DNA of 58,706 bases, counting the filler, from Nemertoderma westbladi (Eukaryota; Animalia; Xenacoelomorpha), in the NCBI GenBank assembly GCA_032718475.1. It is 3 parts of 3 records of this genome, joined end to end, with 100 filler letters (N's around TTAATTAATTAA, not from the genome) between each part and the next. Parts side by side here need not be neighbours in the genome. Positions count along the whole stretch, not along the records: positions 1 to 29,160 come from JAUCBJ010005338.1; 2 more parts are not named here. One strand, written 5' to 3'. A model generated the notes under the pieces. It had not been told where the DNA came from. It made no database searches and was given only the letters and a program-made list of their open reading frames with translations. Positions 1-14,408 of the stretch are shown piece after piece; positions within the stretch are counted from its first letter, which is position 1; each line of letters starts with the position of its first letter. The position numbers and the translations under genes were made by a program.

Positions 1-555
1 ATTTACCCGCACCGACCGCCCGAACCTAACAAACACACCCACCCCTACTTTTCCTACCTTATTCAGACTCCATGGCAAACATTCTCGGAGCAATCGTGCC
101 GTACCAGAAATTTGCAAAAACGTAAAGCAGGGACAGTTTTCGCCAAAACCTTTTTTACAAGAACCGTTTTTTTATAATCGTTTCCTATAAAATAATGCTA
201 AGTTTTTACATCCTAGAACATTCGATAACTATTGTAATTAATTAATAGGTTGGTTGCTTTTTTTACCATATATTATTAAATAAATGTGAGATAGTTAGTG
301 CAGTTAGTTTAATTATAATATCGTAAACATCACTGCACAAAAACGCGTTTTACACACCAGATCTTTAAAACATTACCTTTATTCGCATGCGAAAATAAGG
401 GTTATGCCAGAGCCAGCCTAGAGGCCAAGCAAGGTACCGGTAGCCGTAGCAATGCAAGAAGCTAGAAGCTTCCTATTGGGTGCTATTTTTAGATCCTTCC
501 CCCTTTTCTTACCCCCTCATCCGTGCCACCACTGATTCAGCCAAACAACCCAGGC

Positions 556-764
556 AGCTCCGTAGCCCATCATTGTTCCAATTCTTCCGGTAGGCTATCA
601 TTACGGCTCTCCTAATTTGTTTCAAATTTGTTTCACTGGCATACTTAACATTGTTCCAATTTGTTGAGCTCCGTAGCCCATCATTGTTCCAATTCTCCGG
701 TAGACTATCATTACGGCCCTCCTAATTTGTTTCAAATTTGTTTCACTGGCATACATAGCATTGC
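556..764. repeat. Direct tandem duplication, period ~111 bp
   Basis: AGCTCCGTAGCCCATCATTGTTCCAATTC...TTTCACTGGCATAC occurs at ~556 and ~667 with few mismatches. Confidence 0.85.
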
Positions 765-858
765 AGGTAGGACACCATTACGGCTCCTAATGTTTCAATT
801 ATGTTCCAATTTGTTTCCTAACTGACTTTTTTGGTAGTCCCGCCTCTTAACTACTCAC

Positions 859-978
859 GAGATGATAAGACAGTACTTGAAAGTGCCGCTCATGTACACG
901 CTGCTTGTTTCCATTGGATTATTTAAATATTCTACAGTAGTATAAGCGTACCAGTCTACCGGTGAAGATGGTTCAAAG
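859..978 (-). CDS. Putative isolated 120-bp internal coding exon of an unidentified host gene
   Basis: Minus strand TTTTCAG acceptor and GTGAGT donor flank 120 bp with a single open frame (FEPSSPVDWYAYTTVEYLNNPMETSSVYMSGTFKYCLII); no family recognised. Confidence 0.4.
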
Positions 979-1662
979 CTGAAAACTGCAATAATACTTG
1001 TCTTGGTCAAATGACAAGTGCAACCAATCATGGTAGACAATTTATTATCCTCCTTCCCTTGTCAAGGGGTTAACATATTAAATATATTCCTTGCCCTCTC
1101 GTGAACAAAGGCAATAAAAAGCATGGAGAATCGATAAGAACCATCGACCTTCCTTTGTAAACTATTTTTGAACTCTAAACTCTTATTAACACATTTTAGC
1201 GCGCGCAACGTATGAAGTGAAGATTAACTGTAAAGTGTTTCGGCGTCATCCCTCTATAATAGAGTATACAGGTATAGGATACATTACCCTGTTCAAGAAG
1301 TAACGATCATTTGATGTTGACCTTCGTGTGAGATCTAGTTTATTCATACAAATCTTACACGTAATTCAGTGTAACTTGAATTTTTGGCCTGACTCGCTTG
1401 GAATAACGTAAGCCTACTAGTGATAACCAGACGTAACTGAAAACGTCATCAGCGCTAATAGTTATTGGAGTAGCATTCCTATGCGTACGGTACGCATGTA
1501 GGACCTTCGCGTTAGCTTACGCGTAGCACCTATCGCGCAGTTCGCACTGCTACCCCCCCCCCCCCCCCCCCCCCCCCCCCCTGGTGACTGCGATTCACTA
1601 CGCGTCGCTTTCGAGCTGTTCAAGCTACACGCGGTCTCCAGCTCCGCAGTTTAGGCCTATCA

Positions 1663-4560
1663 GACGTAATGGCAGTCGATTTTTTATGTCCTTTTATTTG
1701 ACTTTTTTTTGTCCTCCTTTTTTTTACGAATTGTGCATAATGACTTTTGTTGTCCCTTTAATGACTTTTGTTGTCCTTTTAATGACTTTTATTGTCGTTT
1801 TAATGACTTTTATGTATGTATTTCTTCAAACTGTCAGACTGCTGATTTCTGGACTGTCAGACAGTTGATTTCAACATGCCTATGCCAAAACATTCAAAAT
1901 TTGTTGATTTCTGGTCTGTCGGACAGTTGGTTTCACTATGCCTGTGCCAAAACATTCCATGATTCCATGATTTATAGACTATGAGGTAGAATTCCATATG
2001 CGCCTTTGGTAAAAAAGACTCTAAATTTAATAGTTTGTGGTTGTTGTCGATAATCGATTACCACATGACGTAGCAAAACACTCATTTTATAGCCAAAAAC
2101 AATTACCAATTGATGGAAAGGAGCAGGTTAAGGCCGGATTTTCTAACCAAAACAATAAACAGTCACTTTACCAAATGAAGGAAAGGAGCAGGTTACAGAG
2201 GCTAGCCTTTCTAACCAAAACAATAAACGGTCACTTTACCAAATCAGGGAAAGGAGCATAGATAGATTTATTTATACATTATGTAAAAACAATAACAAAT
2301 ACACCAAACAATGTACCGGTATAAAGGTATTGTCCAACATAACATATAGGATTACCCCTAAAGCTTTGCAGCTTATTTCCAAGGGGGTCCTTTATGTTAC
2401 TTGGTTACAAATACAATATTACACTACGCTAACCTAAAACCAATATAAAACGTAATTACACTATGTACATGTACAACTTTACCGAGAGCGTGACAATGCC
2501 CGACTCAACGATAAAGATGTAATGTACAGAACAATTTATTATAAAACGTAATTACAATATAAATAGTAAATAATTAATAAACTAATAACTTACTGTAGGA
2601 CTATTGTACCTATTTTTACATTGCACACGGAGGTGAGATTTAACAGCAGATTTAAAAGAATGTTGATTATTTAGGTTTTTAATTTCATTAGGCAGAGCGT
2701 TCCAATTTTTAATGCCGTTAAAAAAGAAAGTATCAGATTCGAAGGATTTACAATTCGGGAGGTAGAAGTTTGAAGCACTAGCTCTGGTACTGTAAGAGTG
2801 TGTATCGCGTACTCTGTTGAATTTTTGTTTTAGGTAATTGGGACATTTACCATTATACACTTTATGCACATGGTTAAGGCGTAGCTGCTTAACTCTACTA
2901 TCTAAGTTAAGTAGTCCAGATTCAGAAAAGTCATCTGGAGTTAGGTGGTGCCTAGGTTTGTAGTCTTTAATAAATCGTACTACTTTATTCTGAGCTACTT
3001 GTAATTTACATTTAAGCTGTTTGTTTAAGCCTTCATACCAAGAAGTGCACGCATAGTCCATGTGACACTGTATTAAAGAAGAGCAAAGTAACTTGCGGGA
3101 GTCGGTATTTAAACTATTTTTATTTCTGTATAGAAACCTAAGCCTACTGTTAACTTTCGAGAAAATATTTTTCACTGTACTTTCTCCTGATAAGCAGTTA
3201 TCCAATGTGGCGCCTAAATATTTAACTTCCTTTTTATTTTCAATCTTATGTCCATTACTAGTGACTTCAAACTTAGTTACCTTCTTTAACTTTCTTTTGG
3301 AACCAAACAAAATACTTTCAGTTTTACCGTAGTGAATGGATAGCTTATTATCAACCAACCACTCATTACAGGATTCTAGAACTGCACTTAACTTTTGGGA
3401 AATATGGATAGGATCTTTATGAGAGAAAATAAGAGCACTGTCGTCGGCATATAAAATGAGTTTAAAATCGGGATCTATACTACTTATCATATCATTTACA
3501 TAGCATACAAAAAGCAGAGGACCTAATATACTACCTTGCGGAGCAGGTTACAGAGGCGGGATTTTCTAACTAAAACAATAAAGAATCACTTTACCAAATG
3601 AAGGAAAGGAGCAGGTTACATAGATGGTCTTTTCTAACCAAAACAATAAACGATAACATTACCAATTGAGAGAAAGGAGCAGGTTACAGAGGCGGGATTT
3701 CCTAACCAAAACAATAAACGATCACTTAACTAATTGAGGGAAAGGAGCAGGATACAGAGGCGGGATTTTCTAACCATAACAATAAACAGTCACTTTACCA
3801 AATGAAGGAAAGGAGCAGGTTACAGAGGCTAGCCTTTCTAACCAAAACAATAAACGGTCACTTTACCAAATCAGGGAAAGGAGCAGGTTACAGAGGCGGG
3901 ATTTTCTAACCAAAACAATAAACAATCACTTTACCAAATGAAGGAAAGGAGCAGGTTACATAGATGGTCTTTTCTAACCAAAACAATAGACGATAACATT
4001 ACCATTTGAGAGAAAGGAGCAGGTTACAGAGGCGGGATTTCCTAACCAAAACAATAAACGATCACTTACCTAATTGAGGAAAAGGAGCAGGTTACAGAGG
4101 CGGGATTTTCTAACCAAAACAATAAACGATCATTTAACTAATTGAGGGAAAGGAGCAGGTTACAGAGGCGGGATTTCCTAACCAAAACAATAAACGATCA
4201 CTTAACTAATTGAGGGAAAGGAGCAGGTTACAGAGGCGGGATTTTCTAACCAAAACAACCGGTCAACCGGTAGGCCTACCGTTACCGTATTTAAATGGTA
4301 GGCTACACAGTAGGCCTACACCAGTACCGGTGCCGGTACCGGTACTAAAATACAGAAATACCTGCTTTATACCTACATCTGTCTGTACATACAATACAGC
4401 AAAATAGTGCTATATATACTAATACCGGTACTGATAGCCTGAGAGAACAGCAGTAGAGAAACCGGTAGCATGGAACCTAACATTAGATTTTTGGAGGACA
4501 TAAAAAATCAAAAGAAAAGGACAAAAAAAGGATTTAAACGGACAATAAAAATTATTGCGA
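1663..4560 (+). mobile_element. Non-autonomous interspersed element with internal 68-bp tandem array (copy 1), interrupted by a LINE
   Basis: Near-identical inverted copy at 41723-43119; begins with GACGTAATGGCAGT; 68-bp unit AAAGGAGCAGGTTACAGAGGCGGGATTTTCTAACCAAAACAATAAAC... at ~2110-2258 and 3540-4258. Confidence 0.8.
2259..3539 (-). mobile_element. 5'-truncated CR1-group LINE (L2/Crack/Daphne-like), RT C-terminal half plus 3' UTR
   Basis: PQGSILGPLLF...YADD reverse transcriptase motifs (ORF 2582-3490); AATAAA(TCTA)n tail; apparent TSD GGAGCA at 2253-2258 and 3540-3545. Confidence 0.9.
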
Positions 4561-4789
4561 TAATTAATTAGATATGTACTTGGTTCTTAATTATTGTTCT
4601 TCAATGGTTCTTTATCGTTGTTATATTATCCCAATTAACCATAAATTAAATTTCAAGTGCAATAATTTTATTGTTATACAGTGTATGAGGAAAAATAAAA
4701 TTATTATCAGTTATCAAATCACATTCTATGTAATTCAATTGCAATTCGTCTGAAAAATCTCCCAATGTGGTGTAGTTCCCATTGGTTGT

Positions 4790-7700
4790 ACTCGTAAATC
4801 TTATAGGATACCCATAGGTGGATACAAAATTATAAAAATAAGAGTTCCCATTGGTTGTACTCGTAAATCTTATAGGATACCCATAGGTGGACACAAAATC
4901 TTATAGGATACCCATAGGTGGACACAAAATCTTATAGGATACCCATAGGTGGACACAAAATCTTATAGGATACCCATAGCTGGGCACAAAATCTTATAGG
5001 ATACCCATAGGTGGACACAAAATCTTATAGGATACCCATAGGTGGACACAAAATCTTATAGGATACCCATAGGTGGACACAAAATCTTATAGGATACCCA
5101 TAGGTGGACACAAAATCTTATAGGATACCCATAGGTGGACACAAAATCTTATAGGATACCCATAGGTGGACACAAAATCTTATAGGATACCCATAGGTGG
5201 ACACAAAATCTTATAGGATACCCATAGGTGGACACAAAATCTTATAGGATACCCAGAGGTGGACACAAAATCGTATAGGATACCCATAGGTGGACACAAA
5301 ATCTTATAGGATACCCATAGGTGGACACAAAATCTTATAGGATACCCATAGGTGGATACAAAATCTTATAGGATACTCATAGGTGGACACAAAATCTTAT
5401 AGGATACCCATAGGTGGACACAAAATCTTATAGGATACCCATAGGTGGACACAAAATCTTATAGGATACCCATAGGTGGACACAAAATCTTATAGGATAC
5501 CCAGAGGTGGACACAAAATCGTATAGGATACCCATAGGTGGACACGAAATCTTGTAGGATACCCATAGGTGGACACAAAATCTTATAGGATACCCATAGG
5601 TGGACACAAAATCTTATAGGATACCCAACCCAGCTACCCATAGGTGGACACAAAATCCTATAGGTTACCCAACCCAGCTACCCATAGGTGGACACAAAAT
5701 CGTATAGGTTACCCAACCCAGCTACCCATAGGTGGACACAAAATCTTATAGGATACCCATAGGTGAACACAAAATCTTATAGGATACCCATAGGTGGACA
5801 CAAAATCTTATAGGATACCCATATGTGGACACAAAATCTTATAGGATACCCATAGGTGGACACAAAATCTTATAGGATACCCATAGATGGACACAAAATC
5901 TTATAGGATACCCATAGGTGGACACAAAATCTCATACTGTAGGATACCCATATGTGGACACAAAATCTTATAGGATACCCATAGGTGGACACAAAATCTT
6001 ATAGGATACCCATAGGTGGACACAAAATCTTATAGGATACCCAACCCAGCTACCCATAGGTGGACACAAAATCGTATAGGTTACCCAACCCAGCTACCCA
6101 TAGGTGAACACAAAATCTTATAGGATACCCATAGGTGGACACAAAATCTTATAGGATACCCATAGGTTGACACAAAATCTTATAGGATACCCATATGTGG
6201 ACACAAAATCTTATAGGATACCCATAGGTGGACACAAAATCTTATAGGATACCCATAGGTGGACACAAAATATTATAGGATACCCATAGGTGGACACAAA
6301 ATCTTATAGGATACCCATAGGTGGACACAAAATCTCATACTGTAGGATACCCATATGTGGACACAAAATCTTATAGGATACCAATAGGTGGACACAAAAT
6401 CTTATAGGATACCCAACACAGCTACCCATAGGTGGACACAAAATCTTATAGGATACCCATAGGTGGACACAAAATCTTATAGGATACCCATAGGTGGACA
6501 CAAAATCTTATACTGTAGGATACCCATAGGTGGACACAAAATCTTATAGGATACCCATAGGTGGACACAAAATCTTATAGGATACCCATATGTGGACACA
6601 AAATCTTATAGGATACCCATAGGTGGACACAAAATCTTATAGGATACCCATATGTGGACACAAAATCTTATAGGATACCCATAGGTTGACACAAAATCTT
6701 ATAGGATACCCATATGTGGACACAAAATCTTATAGGATGCCCATAGGTGGACACAAAATCTTATAGGATACCCATATGTGGACACAAAATCTTATAGGAT
6801 ACCCATAGGTGGACACAAAATCTTATAGGATACCCATAGGTGGACACAAAATCTTATAGGATACCCATAGGTGGACACAAAATCTTATAGGATACCCATA
6901 GGTGGACACAAAATCTCATACTGTAGGATACTCATATGTGGACACAAAATCTTATAGGATACCAATAGGTGGACACAAAATCTTATAGGATACCCAACAC
7001 AGCTACCCATAGGTGGACACAAAATCTTATAGGATACCCATAGGTGGACACAAAATCTTATAGGATACCCATAGGTGGACACAAAATCTTATACTGTAGG
7101 ATACCCATAGGTGGACACAAAATCTTATAGGATACCCATAGGTGGACACAAAATCTTATAGGATACCCATAGGGGACACAAAATCTTATAGGATACCCAT
7201 AGGTGGACACAAAATCTTATAGGATACCCAACACAGCTACCCATAGGTGGACACAAAATCTTATAGGTTACCCAACCCAGCTACCCATAGGTGGACAGAA
7301 AATCTTATAGGTTACCCAACCCAGTTACCCATAGCTGGACACCAAATCGTATAGGATACCCATAGGTGGACACAAAGTCTTATAGGATAGCCATAGGTGG
7401 ACACAAAATCTTATAGGATACCCATAGGTGGACACAAAATCTTATAGGATACCCAACCCAGCTACCCATAGGTGGACACGAAATCTTATAGGATACCCAA
7501 CCCAGCTACCCATAGGTGGACACAAAATCTTATAGGTTACCCAACCCAGCTACCCATAGGTGGACACAAAATCTTATAGGATACCCATAGGTGGACACAA
7601 AATCTTATACTGTAGGATACCCATAGGTTGACACAAAATCTTATAGGATACCCATAGGTGAACACAAAATCTTATAGGATACCCATAGGTGGACACAAAA

Positions 7701-8937
7701 TCTTATAGGATACCCATAGGTGGACACAAAATCTTATAGGATACTCATAGGTGGACACAAAATCTTATAGGATACCCATAGGTGGACACAAAATCTTATA
7801 GGATACCCATAGGTGGACACAAAATCTTATAGGATACCCATAGGTGAACACAAAATCTTATAGGATACCCATAGGTGGACACAAAATCTTATAGGATCAC
7901 CATAGGTGGACACAAAATCTTATAGGATACCCATAGGTGGACACAAAATCTTATAGGATCACCATAGGTGAACACAAAATCTTATAGGATACCCATAGGT
8001 GGACACAAAATCTTATAGGATACCCATAGGTGGACACAAAATCTTATAGGATCACCATAGGTGAACACAAAATCTTATAGGATACCCATAGGTGGACACA
8101 AAATCTTATAGGATCACCATAGGTGAACACAAAATCTTATAGGATACCCATAGGTGGACACAAAATCTTATAGGATCACCATAGCTGGACACAAAATCTT
8201 ACAGGTTACCCAACCCAGCTACCCATAGGTGGACAGAAAATCTTATAGGTTATCCAACCCAGCTACCCATAGATGGACACAAAATCGTATAGGATACCCA
8301 TAGATGGACACAAAATCGTATAGGATACCCATAGCTGGACACAAAATCTTATAGGATACCCATAGATGGACACAAAATCTTATAGGATACCCATAGGTGG
8401 ACACAAAATCTTATAGGATACCCAACACAGCTACCCATAGGTGGACAGAAAATCTTATAGGTTATCCAACCCAGCTACCCATAGATGGACACAAAATCGT
8501 ATAGGATACCCATAGCTGGACACAAAATCTTATAGGATACCCATAGATGGACACAAAATCTTATAGGATACCCAACCCAGCCACCCATAGGTGGACACAA
8601 AATCTTATAGGTTACCCAACCCAGCCACCCATAGGTGGACACAAAATCTTATAGGATACCCAACCCAGCTACCCATAGATGGACACAAAATCTTATAGGA
8701 TACCCAACCCAGCTACCCATAGGTGGACACAAAATCTTATAGGTTACCCAACCCTGCTACCCATAGGTGGACACAAAATCTTATAGGTTACCCAACCCAG
8801 CTACCCATAGGTGGACACAAAATCTTATAGGATACCCATAGGTGAACACAAAATCTTATACTGTAGGATACCCATAGATGGACACAAAATCGTATAGGAT
8901 ACCCATAGATGGACACAAAATCTTATAGTATACCCAT
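4790..8937. repeat. Satellite array, 31-bp monomer CTTATAGGATACCCATAGGTGGACACAAAAT
   Basis: More than 100 near-identical units over ~4.1 kb, with recurring insertion variants (CCCAACCCAGCT; CTGTA). Confidence 0.98.
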
Positions 8938-8944
8938 GGACGAC

Positions 8945-9613
8945 TGGCATGTGGACGACTTCTGTTACCTGGGGTCATGGATCCGGAAGTCAGAATACGT
9001 GAGGGAAAGGCATGGGCAGCCTTGAATAGGCTTTCCAGGATTTGGAAGTCACCGAGAATTAATCGGAAACTTAAGGTCCGATTATTTAGAGCAGCAGTAG
9101 TTCCAGTACTCTTCTATGGGAAACTTAAGGTCCGATTATTTAGAGCAGCAGTAGTTCCAGTACTCTTCTATGGGAGTCCATGCTGGGCTCCAACCGCTGA
9201 GGACACCAAATCTCTGGATGGCACATTCACAAGAATGCTACGCGGGTTCATTGTGTCAAGCACAATGCACACATCTCCAACCAGACACTATATAACATTG
9301 GAGGTGTCTCATTGGTTCCCCCAAGCTTGACACTAGAACAAAATCGCCTCCGCTTTGCAGGACATTGCTTTCGCCATGAGGACCAGCCAGTGCATAATCT
9401 TGTACTTTGACAGCCTCATGGAGTGAATAAGCATGGTGGACTGCCCATGACTTTCTTGAGACGCACCTTAAAGGACACTGGCCTTGAAGATGCGGATGAT
9501 CTAGCAAATGTCATGGGTGATAGGGAGTTGTGGCGGCGCAATTTTGTCGACAAGCCGGCACATCATTCTTAAATAATGCAGCTGTTATGCAGCATGCCGA
9601 TCCTAGTAGTAGT
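8945..9613 (+). mobile_element. 5'-truncated, degenerate RTE-clade LINE fragment
   Basis: VDDFCYLGSW...KAWAALNRLSRIWKS...RLRFAGHC motifs; internal duplication of KLKVRLFRAAVVPVLFYG; (TAG)n tail like the RTE at 51682. Confidence 0.88.
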
Positions 9614-10299
9614 ATGCAAAACATAAAGCATTGCATAACTTTAGAACTGAGTACAGGAGTAAAATATGGCTGTATGTAATACACCCAGATACCTAAACTA
9701 ATCTGCTAATGGAAATAAAGTTTAATTTAATTATTAAAATAGGCCTAATATAAACCCTCACATCAACTCTCACATCTAATAAAAGGCATTGTCCGGAATT
9801 ATATACATGTCCGGTATTTTACCAGGTAGTCAAATTCCGGACAGTCAATTTATAAAATGAAAACCACCCAGTTACAAGTAAACAGTTGAACTGAGTGGTA
9901 ACAATTTGGTTTTATAGTGAACTACAATAGCATCTTGTACAGATGCAAACATAATATCACGAATTAAAGCAATTTAAAGTGTCCCAAATTAAAAAAAAAT
10001 GAAATTTTGTCCGGAATTTGAATAGTCAACCCTATTACCGGTAGGCCTACTGTATTATTATTATAGGCCTACTGTATTGTTTAAGGCAGAGTAAGTGCAG
10101 TAGGCCTAAGTGCAGAGTAAGTACTGTACGCACGACTATGATAGCAGTGCAGTACAATATAGGCCTACCTACTGTATGTAAAGAACTTCTACAATACCAC
10201 AAATGTAATATTGTATATAATACCACCAATTTAACAACTTTCAAAATGGCTGTAATCGCGAAACCTCAGACATCTAATGGGTAGTTTTTATATATCGAT

Positions 10300-10582
10300 A
10301 ATTATAAATACAGTTTCTAGTTAGTAATTTAATTTTAGTATTATTTACTACATAATGTAACTTAGGTGGGTAACTATAGTATATTGTATATGCAACATGT
10401 TCTACTGTATTAGTCTGTGAATTGTAGGTACAGTACAATAAAGGACCACAACTGAAATAAACCTTAGAGCTTAGAGGGCTATCCTCTATTTGGTACGTAC
10501 AGGTTACAATGCATTTATTATACTTTCATTTTCTAATTTGTATTCTGTTATACCATATAGTAAATAAATCTATCAATCTATA
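10300..10582 (+). mobile_element. 3' UTR remnant of an L2/Crack-like LINE
   Basis: GGACC...GAAATAA...GGGCTATCCT motif and AATAAATCTATCAATCTA tail resemble the 3' end of the LINE at 2259-2400; left boundary approximate. Confidence 0.5.
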
Positions 10583-11455
10583 ACCATCATGACTGTAGGA
10601 TGGAATGGGGTGGGTGGCGTGTGGCGTGGGAGGGAATGGAACTTACTGAAAGACAATAGGTTCTACAACTTTACTAATTCAAATTTCCCTCTACAGCACA
10701 CAGATCTACTACACCATACCATAGCCCCCCCCCCCCCCCCCCCCGTCCTGTCGATCGGACATTTAGAATTTACTATTGTATTTTTTAAAAGCAACAAAAA
10801 AGTGTTTTATAACTCTTTATTTATATCTTATAACCTGTACAGATACTGCAGGCCTACTAATTCGTTTATTGGTTTGGTTAGATTCAGACCTTCGGTATTT
10901 AGTGAAAACCTGGTTGGGGGTAAAACTACAAAGTGAAATATAATTGCAGAAAGTCTGGTATACTTCGGCCCGGCCTAAAACATCAAACTTGTTCTTAAGA
11001 AAAAAAAACTATGATATATGTATGCACTTTTAAATAAATTTAAATAAATATAATATCGCAATGCGTTTCAATATTTTTCAGGTTCAGGTTTGCAGCCCCC
11101 ATCTCTTACCGGTATATATTAATTATTAGCCTTATTGTTTGACTAGCTCAGATAAAGTAAATAAAGTGGAGCTGAAAATCTCCCATTATTTCAATACAAA
11201 GAGAATGAACACAATGTAGCAAATGTTTGTCTATTTTTTCTTGACTTTATTGATTGCCAAACATTTTATTTATTGATTGCCAAACATCCAGTTTGTTGTT
11301 TGGTTTTACTAAACGGTTTCAATAATATGAACTACAGTATAGCTATGTAGGTTAGGTTAGCTATGTTGCTCACTGGATGCAATTTGTTTAGGGCATGGAT
11401 TGCATTTGGTATACACCTTGATGTTGTGCTTGGAGCTGGAGGTTAGGGTGTGAGT

Positions 11456-14408
11456 AGTCCCTCCACAAGTGGGCGGACACATGACTTCATATTATGAGTC
11501 TCACAGCTATTCATACATTCACTGACTATTTTTCTGGCCCCTGCATAACTTTCCGAGGCAACGGTGTCTCTTATACTGACCATATCCTCGTCCCCACTTA
11601 TTTCTCTGATAGTGTTATCAGGGGACATGTTTATAATGCAGACCCCACTTTCAATTATTCTGATCATGTCCCTGTTATAGTAGAAATCCGGTGCAACAAT
11701 CACATCAAGGACACCCCAACCCCACATCAACAAATCAAATTATCACACCAAACAAGATTTGCCTGGCACAGGGCAACAGATCATCAAAAAACCAATTACA
11801 TTACCTCAGTTGATGGTGCCCTAAATCGCATTCAGTTCACCCTCGATGATAGCGATCACTCACCCTCAGCTCTAAATGATGCCGCTGTAAGAATGAGAGA
11901 CGCTATAGTAGCCAGTGCTCTTGCCAATATTCCCATTATCAAACCTGCTCGGCTTTCAAAGAACCTACGAATTCGGTCAACTTTGCTGCAGAGTAGGAGC
12001 CATGTCAGTAAGGACCTCTACGAACTGTGGCAGGCCCGCAGAAAACATCCCATCGACCCTATAGCTGAACAATTTAAAGCGTCGAAGAGATCTACACGTC
12101 GGCTCAAGAACTTTCTCACGAAAAATCTGGTTGCGGATTCTGTAAATAAATGGTCAGGTCAGATAGACTCAAACCCCCGTAGATTCTGGTCCAACATCAC
12201 CACCAAGATCCAACACAACTCAACCCCTGAATTGCAGGAGAAACTTTACAGCCATTATCAATCTAAATTTCAAGGCTCGGTCTCATCTGCCACCAAGAGG
12301 GATAATACTCTACTTCAGGAAGAACTCACCAACGCATGTAGGAACTCGCCTCTCCCAAATATTTCACCACTGACTGTAAAGAACTCTATCCTATCTCTGG
12401 CAAGAGGTAAAGCCTGTGAATCCTCTTCACTCACAGTCGAGAACCTACTGAACCTAAACCTTGAACCGTTATGCAACCTTTTAGCTAATATATATAACCT
12501 CTGCATTGAGCTAAAAACTGTCCCCTCACAGACCGGACACAGTGCCCTCAGTAGCCCATATAAGGGTAAAGGCAAAGATCCGCGCAAGCCTTCATCCTAT
12601 AGACCAATCTCATCTATCTATCAACATATTCGCCAAGATCCTTGAACACATTATCCTTGCAAAGTACTTATACACCTGCATCTCCCATACAAACCAGACT
12701 GCATACAAAAAGGGTCATGGCACTGACACGGTAATCGCCACATTGCTGGAATGTATTGAGCATTATAGATCCAAAAGCTCCGCAGTGTACCTGCTTCAGC
12801 TAGATATAGAATCGGCCTTCGACAATGTTGAGTACTGCACACTCATTCAAAAGCTGCTGGACCATGGAGTCAACCCTCACATCGCAGCTACGGTCTACTC
12901 ATATTACACTTGTGGTATAGTTTTTCTCAAATTTAATGGTAGCATCGATTGCAACGGCATACATGTAGCCCAAGGTTTAAAGCAAGGTTCTCTACTATCA
13001 CCAACTATTTTTAACTTATACACAGCTGATATAACTGCGGCTCTAGAGAGTTCCAACTTAGGTTGTCGTGTCGGCCCTGTGTGGTTAGGCGCCATAGTAT
13101 ACGCCGATGACTTCCTCCTTCTTAGCACCTCGGCTACTGATCTCGAACGTATGGCAATAATTGTAAGTGACAAAGCAGACGAGGTGTCTTAGCTTTGAAC
13201 CAACTAAAACCTCATGGATTGTAGTCGACAGCATCCAAAATCCATGTCATAAACCCTGCTTTATCAACATACGTGGATCTCTTGTTGCAAGAAGTTCTGC
13301 CCTTACCTTCTTAGGATACAACCTTAAAAGTTCATCGAACTCCAAAGTAATCCTTAATGATTCTATCAGGCTGATAGCTTACTACTCTCAAACATTTCAC
13401 ACTAGAGGCTGGACAACGCGCTGGCTTCCTCCTAAGGTGGTCTTCCGACTATGGGACTCCCTCGCTGTACCAGCTACCACATATGGAATAAAATTCAATA
13501 TAGGTTCTCTTACCTCCACTGATCGTGACGCTCTTGATGTATTCTACCGCAAATCGTTAAGAGGTTTACTAAACCTTGGCCCATATGTTGGGAATCGCAC
13601 TCTTTACCACGTCGCGAATCTTGTGCCAATCTCGATTGCTGCACTTCGGTTGTGTGTCGGTACCATCCTGCGCATATTGAACTGTCCTAGTCGCTTTCTA
13701 CAACTAAGTTGTCGGATTGCAATGTTCAGCAATGTGCGCCCCCTGGCGTCGTATCGCGGCTCTTCTTGTGGCTACAGCATCGCGCGCTCATCCTACGCCT
13801 TACCTGACCTGCTTTCTGCACTCAACTTTTCATATTCCAAAAGTGAGCTGGTGTCGCGTATTTCACTTGCCAAGCCGACATATCGTGAACTGATCAGCTC
13901 AAATTTCATTAGAACTACACTCACACTCAAAACAATCAACATTGAAGAGAAAGGAGCCAGAATACTCTCATATGGCGTTTCCTAATCTGATATCCAACTA
14001 TATTTGCAGCGCAAACTCCTATCATAATCACTTCTACCTGCACTCTGCAATCCACCCCCCCCCCCCCCCCCCCCTCCTCACTTAATGCTAATATGGTTAT
14101 GTGGTCCACCCTTCGAGATAGAATACCTTGACATGCTTCTCACTACATCTGCACCAAGTTTTCTTATTTTTTACAATGACCTGATGCGTTTTGCTCAAAC
14201 ATGCTGTATGTGCATTTTATTTACCTACATATGTTATCTTTGTCCGATGCGTTTTGCCCAAATATATGTGCACTTTATTTACTTATGTTATCTTTATCCT
14301 ATTGCCAATGATAAACCGTGCGTACCTACTTATATATGTATATGTATTCCGTATATATATATTTTATCTAATATAATACCGGCTCGTCCGGGTGTTTTAT
14401 GAAATGAA
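11456..14408 (+). mobile_element. 5'-truncated non-LTR retrotransposon (RTEX-like), APE endonuclease end plus RT, frameshifted
   Basis: TDHILV...SDHVPV (APE end); SYRPIS, LDIESAFDNV, QGLKQGSLLSP, LGCRVG..WLGAIVYADD (RT); frameshifts at ~12620 and ~13190; ATGAA-type tail. Confidence 0.88.

Noticed and set aside
1410-1452. Penelope-type hammerhead ribozyme
   Set aside because: Only loosely similar; the CUGANGA core is not intact (CTAGTGA) and stems could not be built
1553-1581. Poly-C tracts (also ~10726, 14055, 31413, 33078, 56546)
   Set aside because: Common homopolymers within repeats; lengths unreliable and no specific function supportable
5459-7082. Short repeated ORFs (MCPPMG.../MSTYGYP...)
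   Set aside because: Translations of the 31-bp satellite
4790-8937. CRISPR array (31-bp repeats)
   Set aside because: Units are head-to-tail with no unique spacers, there are no cas genes, and the context is eukaryotic
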